Origin: Halomicronema hongdechloris C2206
GTDB taxonomy: Bacteria; Cyanobacteriota; Cyanobacteriia; Phormidesmidales; Phormidesmidaceae
Assembly (NCBI RefSeq): GCF_002075285.3
Contig: NZ_CP021983.2
Span: 300,001-332,000, forward strand
Direction: 5' to 3'
Length of the DNA stretch: 32,000 bases
Part shown: in pieces, positions 24,032 through 30,400 of the stretch
Layout of the letters: every line of letters begins with the position of its first letter
Numbering within the stretch: position 1 is the first letter of the stretch
Translations under genes and position numbers: made by a program
The notes under the pieces: generated by a model
What the model saw: the letters and a program-made list of their open reading frames with translations, nothing else
The model's database searches: none
Told to the model about the DNA's origin: nothing

Positions 24032-24471
24032 TGAGTGAGTGAATGTTTTGGCTCCCTGTCAAACGGTGGATGGGCCGGCAAGTAGGCCGATAGCGGATAA
24101 AGGATAAGAGGACAGGGTAGGGGCGCGGTTGCCGCGCCCAATGCAGAAAACCCTCCATCTCGCGTCTCCGCCGATGCGACGCGATCTTGAACGGCTGATC
24201 GACCATTCCTTCCGCGGGGTCCAGGGCGGCGGAACGCCCTGGTCGTCGGAGTCCGAGGGGAACGAGATCCCCTCGGGCGAGCTCTCTGGCTTGGAAAACC
24301 AAGTGCGGTCTTATCGAGGTCCATCGCTTCCTGGCCGATGCGATGCGACGATCTATCACTACCTATCGACCATCCCATCCGCAGGGTCCAGAGCAATGGT
24401 TCGACTGCGCTCACCACAAGCAGGTCTGGGTCGGAGAACGCTCTGGCTGCTGGCCGAGGGTGACGCTCTGG

Positions 24472-24491
24472 ATTCTCGCCTAGGCGAGAAT
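24472..24491. repeat. 20-nt perfect palindrome ATTCTCGCCTAGGCGAGAAT
   Basis: Read directly from the sequence. It lies 20 nt beyond the speA stop. It could be a hairpin terminator, but no U-tract follows on either strand. Confidence 0.6.
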
Positions 24492-24511
24492 GACGGTACT
24501 AGTGTTCAGTA

Positions 24512-26506
24512 TTATTGCCTCGGCCTAGCCAAATAGGTATAGCGCACCCAGGCGCTATGCTCATAGTGTTGTAGCAATAGCTGCGACTCGTGCAGGGTGA
24601 TCTGCCGATCCTGCAGGGCTTGTTCCGTGCGGCGGCGAATATTTTCCACCAGGTCTTCTGAGTCATACTGCACATAGCCCAGCACTTTTCGGTCATGGTG
24701 TCCCCTTTGACTACATGTTCGATCTGATAGCCTTATGGGGGTGAGGTTGGATGTGGACTGCAATTGGTGTCGCCGAACAGGTTGTGGCAGATTGCCCCAT
24801 AATCTCCTGGTAGGCTCCCCCAGAAATAGGCCCAGATAATAGGGCTCACCAGAGTTAAGGGATGCAACTCGAGTACTGATTTGACATCCCGGAGATCGAT
24901 AAATTGGTCGATTTTTGCCGTCGCTATCGCAGGTGAGGTCAGCCAAGGTAGCCCGACAACTGGGCTCTTCGTCCAGGCGATGGATGGGCATGATGGGAAA
25001 GAGCTGGCCAATGGCCCAAGCATCCGGGGCCGATTGGAAGACGGAGAGGTTGATGTAGTAGATGGAGGCCATGATCTTTTCCAGGTCTTCCAAGTCATCC
25101 GGCACATAGTCTTCATGGCGGATGATGGTGCAGATCTTGGCACAGCAGGCCCAGAAGAGTCGTTCTAGTGTGGCCCGTTCGGTGAGGCTGAGGTAGCCGA
25201 AGCTAAACAGGCTGATGGCTTCTTCTTTGAACTGGAGGGCGTCGTGGTAGACCTCTTGGTAGTTTTTCAGGCCGATGTTGGCATAGGTCTCGTAGAGTTC
25301 GCGGACTAGGGGATGGTCGTCTTCGCCGGGAGGCTCCAGGGTCGCCCCAGTGGGCACGTCACTGCTGCCCAGCACATCGAATACCAGCACGGATTGGTGA
25401 GATGCGATCGCACGGCCACTCTCGCTAATCAGGGTTGGCGGCGTTAAGTGACGGGAGGCGCAAGCCTCTTTCACTTCGGCGACGACATCGTTGGCATAAT
25501 TCTGGATGCTGTAGTTCTTAGACGCGTGAAAATTGGTCTTAGAGCCGTCGTAGTCGACCCCGAGGCCACCGCCCACGTCCAGATAGCGCATATTCGCTCC
25601 CAGGGCAGCCAGCTCCACATAAATACGACTGGCCTCGCGCAGGGCATCCTTAATTACGCTAATGGCCGAAATCTGAGAGCCAATGTGGAAATGCAGCAAC
25701 TGCAAGCAATCCAGCATATTCTCCTGGCGCAACCGTTCCACCACCGTCAGCACCTCGGGAATCGTGAGCCCAAACTTGGCCCGATCCCCGGCTGAGCTAC
25801 CCCAGCGACCAATGCCCTGGCTGCTCAGTTTGACTCGTACTCCCAGTACAGGCTGGATATCGAGGTGATGACTGGCCTGAATCACCAGATCGACTTCTTC
25901 CTGCTGTTCCAGGACGATGATCGGCACCTGCCCCAGCCGCTGCCCTAGCATGGCCGTCTCGATATACTCGCGGTCCTTATAGCCATTACAAATCAATAGG
26001 GAGCCAGGGGTGTTCAACGTGGCCAGAGCGATCAATAGCTCAGGTTTGGAGCCCGCCTCTAGGCCAAATTGATGGGGACTGCCAAAGCGAACTAAATCTT
26101 CGACCAGGTGCCGTTGCTGATTGCACTTCACCGGAAACACGCCGCGGTAGACGCCGCCATAGCGATAGCGGGCAATGGCCTTAGCAAAACAGGCTTGCAG
26201 CCGTTCCAGGCGATCCTGCAAAATGTCGGAGAAGCGAATCAGAATGGGCAGGCCTAGATTGCGCTGCTGCAGAGCCTGAACCAGTTCATAGAGGTCGAGG
26301 GAGCCACCTCGTTCCCCCTGGGGGGAGACGGTGATATGCCCGGCAGCATTGATTGAAAAATAGGGATCTCCCCAGCCTTGGATGCGGTACAGTTCTTCAC
26401 TGTCCTCGATGGTCCACGAGGCACTGGGAGCGAGTAACTGAGCAGTATCATCTGATGACGGTGACTGGGGCTGAGGCTGATAAAGCGATGATGGGATGCG
26501 ACTCAT
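24512..26506 (-). CDS. speA: biosynthetic arginine decarboxylase; the C-terminal ~75 codons are scrambled by compensating frameshifts (possible pseudogene or local sequence error)
   Basis: Strong SpeA similarity runs from WTIEDSEELYRIQGWGDPYFSIN through the PLP fold (FPVKCN, HFHIGSQ, GGGLGVDY) to LADLTCDSDGK, and again from VLGYVQYDSEDLVENIRRRTEQAL to the end. I prefer the ATG at 26506 (GGAGAA 6 nt upstream) over the ORF-track start at 26572. See the finding on 24686-24916. Confidence 0.85.
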   Translation of the reverse strand: MSRIPSSLYQPQPQSPSSDDTAQLLAPSASWTIEDSEELYRIQGWGDPYFSINAAGHITVSPQGERGGSLDLYELVQALQQRNLGLPILIRFSDILQDRLERLQACFAKAIARYRYGGVYRGVFPVKCNQQRHLVEDLVRFGSPHQFGLEAGSKPELLIALATLNTPGSLLICNGYKDREYIETAMLGQRLGQVPIIVLEQQEEVDLVIQASHHLDIQPVLGVRVKLSSQGIGRWGSSAGDRAKFGLTIPEVLTVVERLRQENMLDCLQLLHFHIGSQISAISVIKDALREASRIYVELAALGANMRYLDVGGGLGVDYDGSKTNFHASKNYSIQNYANDVVAEVKEACASRHLTPPTLISESGRAIASHQSVLVFDVLGSSDVPTGATLEPPGEDDHPLVRELYETYANIGLKNYQEVYHDALQFKEEAISLFSFGYLSLTERATLERLFWACCAKICTIIRHEDYVPDDLEDLEKIMASIYYINLSVFQSAPDAWAIGQLFPIMPIHRLDEEPSCRATLADLTCDSDGKNRPIYRSPGCQISTRVASLNSGEPYYLGLFLGEPTRRLWGNLPQPVRRHQLQSTSNLTPIRLSDRTCSQRGHHDRKVLGYVQYDSEDLVENIRRRTEQALQDRQITLHESQLLLQHYEHSAWVRYTYLARPRQ

Positions 26507-26660
26507 AGGGGTTCTCCGCCGTTTTAGGCCAACCTCATGATGCCCGCCAGCCCCTCCTGAGGTCCCAAACACAAGGACGGCCTAGGGCTAAGCACTAGGC
26601 CAGGAGAGCTGTAGGATTACACAGGCTTACGGGCTCAAATTGTAACAAAGAGCCCTAGGG

Positions 26661-27644
26661 CTATTGAGGGGGTACCGAGGAATTCCCCTGATCTGGAAAG
26701 GGCAGGGATACCACTGGGGATGCACTGTCGATCATGTCGAGGGGAACCTGCTGGACGACCGTCTTGAAAATATCGATGAAGGCGTACACGGCTGGGGGCA
26801 GCAGGGCATCCTTCAGGACGATCAATCCGATCACGCGCTCTAGGGGCACTGGAACCTCGGCAACGCGAATGCCTGAGGGGATCGGTTCTGCCGCCAGGCG
26901 AGCCATGATGGTGGCCCCTAGCCCCCGTTTCACCATGCCCAGAATGGTGGAATCTTCTTTGACTTCGTAGGTGGGCTTCACGGTCACCCCACATCGCCTC
27001 AGATGGCGATCGACGTAGGTGCGATCGCTATCGTGGGCTGGTCCTAAGATCAGCGGGTAGGTGGATAGGTGGGGCCAGGTGAAGGGCTGGGGCGGAGGCT
27101 CTGGAGCCGGTGGCAGCAGCACTACGTAGCGATCGTGGAGCAGTTCCCAGGCTTCGAACTCCGGCTGGGTGGGAAGGTAGGTAAAGCCGACATCGGCGCG
27201 CCCCTGGCGCAGATCCTCTTCGACTTGCTGAAAGTTTTGGTATTCGTTGATGGTGATGCCTAAGCCGGGATATTGCTGGCGAAATTGCTGGATCACCACT
27301 GGCAGCAGATGGGTGGCAACGCTACGAAAACCGGCAATGCGTACCTGCCCGGCCTGCAGGCCCCGAGCCGCTTGGGCTTGGCGACAGAGATGCTCTAGGC
27401 CCTGCAAGACCCGGCGCGCCTCTTCGGTGATTTGAGCCCCAATGGGAGTGAGGATGGCCCCCTGACGACTGCGGCTCAAGAGCACCACTCCCAATTCCTC
27501 CTCTAGGGTTGCGATCGCATGACTAACAGCCGACTGCGACAAATTTAATTGCAACGCCGCATCACTGAAGGAGCCGCTGTCCGCAATGGTGACCAGGGCC
27601 CGCAATTGGGAAATTTTTAGTCGATAGGGGTTAATCTTACCCAT
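26661..27644 (-). CDS. LysR-family transcriptional regulator
   Basis: The HTH is LKISQLRALVTIADSGSFSDAALQLNLSQSAVSHAIATLEEELG, followed by a LysR substrate-binding domain. I prefer the ATG at 27644 (MGKINPY) over the ORF-track start at 27767. It is divergent from the TauE-like gene. Confidence 0.87.
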   Translation of the reverse strand: MGKINPYRLKISQLRALVTIADSGSFSDAALQLNLSQSAVSHAIATLEEELGVVLLSRSRQGAILTPIGAQITEEARRVLQGLEHLCRQAQAARGLQAGQVRIAGFRSVATHLLPVVIQQFRQQYPGLGITINEYQNFQQVEEDLRQGRADVGFTYLPTQPEFEAWELLHDRYVVLLPPAPEPPPQPFTWPHLSTYPLILGPAHDSDRTYVDRHLRRCGVTVKPTYEVKEDSTILGMVKRGLGATIMARLAAEPIPSGIRVAEVPVPLERVIGLIVLKDALLPPAVYAFIDIFKTVVQQVPLDMIDSASPVVSLPFPDQGNSSVPPQ

Positions 27645-27818
27645 ACAGTAGACTCCACCCCCCCATGCCGATGATGTGATGGACAATGACAAAATAGTAG
27701 CCTTCTTCAGTTCTCCTGTGGGTCCTTCCCTGCCCCCGGATTGCCTGGACAAGGTGCCTTTCAACAATTAGCGTGATCCTAACTCAACTGTCCTCATGCA
27801 ATCTGGGGGATGCTGATG

Positions 27819-28193
27819 GTGGTGAGTGCAGTCGAACCACCGCCCTAGATCCCGTGGACGGGCTTGTTGGTGAGTAGTCATAGACCTCGATAAGACCATG
27901 CTTAATTGTGCAGCTCGGGGTACTCACCCGGGGAAATTTCGCTTTCCCCGGACCCCTACGACCAGGGCAAACCGCTTGTAGTGTTCGCAAAGCGGCTCCG
28001 CAGGAGCAACGAAGTCGAACTACTGCCCTGGACCTGCGGAAGGACTTATCGGTTAGGCGCAATAGATCGCGTCGCATCGGCAAGGACGCGAGGGACCTTT
28101 CCCCCTTATTCCCTGTCCCCTCTTCACGCTTTACCCTTCGACTGCGCTCAGGGCAAGCTCTTCACTCTTCACTCCCCGTCTCTCCGTCCTCCG
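27819..28193 (-). repeat. structured intergenic repeat, copy B (inverted relative to copy A)
   Basis: Its reverse complement aligns block by block with 23885-24417 (see copy A). Hairpins are at 27928-27951 and 27962-28031, the latter enclosing a nested CCGCTT/AAGCGG hairpin at 27972-27995. The copy occupies most of the lysR/tauE divergent intergenic region. Confidence 0.8.
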
Positions 28194-28201
28194 CTCTGCC
28201 T

Positions 28202-28918
28202 ATGACCGATAGCCTATTGACCGCCGCCGTCTTATTTGGGGCCACCTTGATTTCCTCTACCTTTGGCTTCGGCAGTGCTCTCTTTGCCATGCCCCTCTTG
28301 ACCCTGGTGGTTGGCATTGAGACAGCGACTCCCTTGTTCGGTTTGGTTGGCCCCACCATCGCCATCTCGATTGCCATCATGAGCTGGCAAGAGATTCAAT
28401 TAACCGTCACCAGTCGCCTAATTGCGGCTACCCTCTGCGGCCTTCCCATTGGGGTCTGGCTGATCCGCACCCTTCCTGGGGACTGGTTAGCCGATGGCCT
28501 CGGTGTGGCCCTGATTGGGTTTGGTCTCTATCGCCTGGGCCGGGTCACCCTGCCGAGACTGATTCATCCCGGTTGGGCCTACCCCTTTGGTTTCGTGGCC
28601 GGCATCCTAGCCGGGGCTTACAACACCAACGGTCCACCCGTAGTGGTCTATGGCAACTTGTGTCGCTGGCCGCCAGAGCGATTTCGAGCCACATTGCAGG
28701 GCTATTTTCTGCCAACCGGCTTAGCGATTCTGGCCAGTCATGGTCTCGGGGGGCTTTGGAGTGTTCACATTTTTCAGCTCTATGGTCTCTCGTTGCCCCT
28801 GGTCTTCCTAGCCGTCTGGATGGGCCACTGGTTGAATCGACGGCTACCGACCGAGCAATTCGAGCGGTTCTTGTCTGGGTTGCTGCTGGTGCTCGGCAGC
28901 TTGATGATTTGGCGCTAG
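28202..28918 (+). CDS. TauE/SafE-family (DUF81) anion exporter membrane protein
   Basis: 238 aa from the ATG at 28202 (MTDSLLTAAVLFGATLISSTFGFGSALFAMPLL), with 7-8 hydrophobic helices and two-half internal symmetry typical of the family. The ORF-track extension back to 27908 runs through the repeat and I reject it. Confidence 0.83.
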   Translation: MTDSLLTAAVLFGATLISSTFGFGSALFAMPLLTLVVGIETATPLFGLVGPTIAISIAIMSWQEIQLTVTSRLIAATLCGLPIGVWLIRTLPGDWLADGLGVALIGFGLYRLGRVTLPRLIHPGWAYPFGFVAGILAGAYNTNGPPVVVYGNLCRWPPERFRATLQGYFLPTGLAILASHGLGGLWSVHIFQLYGLSLPLVFLAVWMGHWLNRRLPTEQFERFLSGLLLVLGSLMIWR

Positions 28919-29016
28919 TCCCCAGGCCTGCCTCTCCCTGGGACCTCCCCTCACTGAGCAGTGCTCCACTCTTCGACCGTGGGTCTTACTGCCATGCATT
29001 GCTTACCCAGACTCAA

Positions 29017-29063
29017 GCAGAACGACCCACGAGCAGAAGGACCCACGAGCAGAACGACCCACG
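29017..29063. repeat. 16-nt tandem repeat x2.9 (GCAGAACGACCCACGA)
   Basis: The units are 29017-29032, 29033-29048 (one C->G difference) and 29049-29063. It is intergenic. Confidence 0.85.
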
Positions 29064-29365
29064 TTACCTGCCCAGGATTAAACTTCATGGAAAATCCCAG
29101 ACATCTTTAAGGCGGCTTTGTTCATCTCAGGGCCTTCAAGACGTATTCTCTAAGAGGTGATTCGCCAAGCAAACTCCTATTAAAACTATATTTTTGGTTT
29201 CTGCGCTGATTGGGGCCCAAGGCTCTATCTGAACCTGGTGGACCGTCATCCCCCTAATTCTTAACTATATGAATTTTGCAGCCATGGTTAGATGACCCCT
29301 AGCAGTATCTTTGGTGCTGGTCTGACGACTATTGTCACCATGGTTTTCCTAACTCGGTGTCTTTC

Positions 29366-30373
29366 ATGAAATTGATTATTCAAATTCCCTGCTACAACGA
29401 GGAGGCGACTCTGCCGATCACCCTGGGAGATTTGCCCCGACAAGTCCCCGGCATCGACGACGTCGAGTGGCTGATCATCAACGATGGCAGCACCGATCGG
29501 ACGGTGGAGGTGGCGCGAGAATGGGGAGTTGACCATATCGTCGACTTTGATCACAATCGCGGTCTGGCTAAGGCATTTATGGCTGGCTTAGAGGCTAGCC
29601 TCAAGGCAGGAGCCGATATCATCGTCAACACCGATGCCGATAACCAGTACTATGCCGGCGACATTCCCCGCCTAGTAGAGCCAATTCTGGCGGGGCAAGC
29701 CGAGATCGTCATCGGAGCCCGACCGATTCAACGGATCCGGCATTTTTCTCCGGTCAAGAAGGTCTTGCAAAAACTGGGTAGCTGGGCCGTGCGGATGGCT
29801 AGCCGCACCTCTGTGGCCGATGCCCCCAGCGGCTTCCGCGCCATCAGCCGTCAGGCCGCCCTGCAGCTGAATGTCTTCAACGAATATACCTATACTCTGG
29901 AGACGATTATCCAGGCGGGGCAGCGGGGCATGGCAGTGATCTCGGTGCCAGTGCATACCAATGACTATCTGCGCCCCTCGCGGTTGGTCAAGAGCATTGT
30001 GTCCTATGTGCAGCGCTCCTTGCTCACCATCCTGCGCATCTTTGTCACCTATCGGCCCCTACAATTTTTCACGATTCTGGGGGCGATTCCATTTTCGGCC
30101 GGCTTTTTATTGGGCCTCCGTTGGCTCTATTTCTTTTTAATCGTGGGCTCGGATCGCACCCGCGTTCCCAGCTTGATCTTGACGGCCATTTTGATCTTGA
30201 TTGGTGTCCAGCTCTGGGTCTTTGGCCTGGTGGCCGATCTGCTATCGGTGAACCGCAAGTTGTTGGAAGACATTCAGCTGCGGCTGCGCCGTAACGACAT
30301 CGAAACGGAACGACAGCGACGGCTGTTGCAGCAGCAATCTTCGTCCCTGAAGGTAGGGCGTTCTGGTCGCTAG
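29366..30373 (+). CDS. family-2 glycosyltransferase, polyprenyl-phosphate glycosyltransferase-like (GtrB/ArnC/DPM1 architecture)
   Basis: GT-A motifs are IQIPCYNEE, INDGSTD and NTDADNQY (DxD). Two C-terminal hydrophobic helices (FFTILGAIPFSAGFLLGL, ILTAILILIGVQLWVFGLVADLL) resemble those of ArnC/GtrB. I prefer the ATG at 29366 over the GTG at 29357. Confidence 0.86.
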   Translation: MKLIIQIPCYNEEATLPITLGDLPRQVPGIDDVEWLIINDGSTDRTVEVAREWGVDHIVDFDHNRGLAKAFMAGLEASLKAGADIIVNTDADNQYYAGDIPRLVEPILAGQAEIVIGARPIQRIRHFSPVKKVLQKLGSWAVRMASRTSVADAPSGFRAISRQAALQLNVFNEYTYTLETIIQAGQRGMAVISVPVHTNDYLRPSRLVKSIVSYVQRSLLTILRIFVTYRPLQFFTILGAIPFSAGFLLGLRWLYFFLIVGSDRTRVPSLILTAILILIGVQLWVFGLVADLLSVNRKLLEDIQLRLRRNDIETERQRRLLQQQSSSLKVGRSGR

Positions 30374-30400
30374 CGTTGGCGGTGTTGATTGGAGTGCTTC

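Larger units (their letters stand above)
23885..24417 (+). repeat. structured intergenic repeat, copy A (candidate ncRNA or non-autonomous element)
   Basis: It shares collinear blocks with the inverted copy at 27819-28193. CGGAGGACGGA (23885-23895) matches 11/11. GCCGATGCGACGCGATCT (24170-24187) matches 18/18. GGTCTTATCGAGGTC (24307-24321) matches 15/15. GGTTCGACTGCGCTCACCAC (24398-24417) matches 19/20. Internal hairpins are at 24221-24242, 24254-24275 and 24290-24303. Confidence 0.8.

Noticed and set aside
24398-24417. T-loop-like GGTTCGA in the repeat, considered as a possible tRNA or tmRNA-like 3' end
   Set aside because: The flanking bases do not form a T-stem or acceptor stem, and no anticodon arm or CCA context is present. 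I found no cloverleaf in any intergenic region of the window.
23788-24536. ORFs 23788..24417(-), 23871..24359(-) and 24129..24536(+) across repeat copy A
   Set aside because: They translate microsatellites and hairpins into low-complexity peptides (PHSSSPHHPK, RRPGPRGRNGR). The only similarity to ORFs across copy B is the peptide PMRRDL, encoded by an 18-nt identical DNA block. The divergence pattern (indels, stem-pair changes) is not codon-like.
26579-26662. Hairpin GGCCTAG-N9-CTAGGCC (26579-26601) and palindrome AGCCCTAGGGCT (26651-26662), considered as a speA leader or riboswitch
   Set aside because: These are short simple stems between the lysR stop and the speA start. They are more simply explained as a lysR terminator or chance CCTAGG-type palindromes, and I recognise no riboswitch consensus.
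27784-28201. ORF 27784..28083(-) and the 5' extension of ORF 27908..28918(+) across repeat copy B
   Set aside because: The reasoning is the same as for copy A. The TauE-like protein begins naturally at the ATG at 28202 with its first transmembrane helix.
29017-29063. Possible CRISPR array
   Set aside because: The units are only 16 nt and directly abutting with no spacers. There are no cas genes in the window.
28573-29160. 195-aa plus-strand ORF overlapping the TauE gene out of frame
   Set aside because: It is Arg/Ser/Leu-rich, runs off-frame through a membrane-protein gene into intergenic DNA including the 16-nt repeat, and has no motifs.
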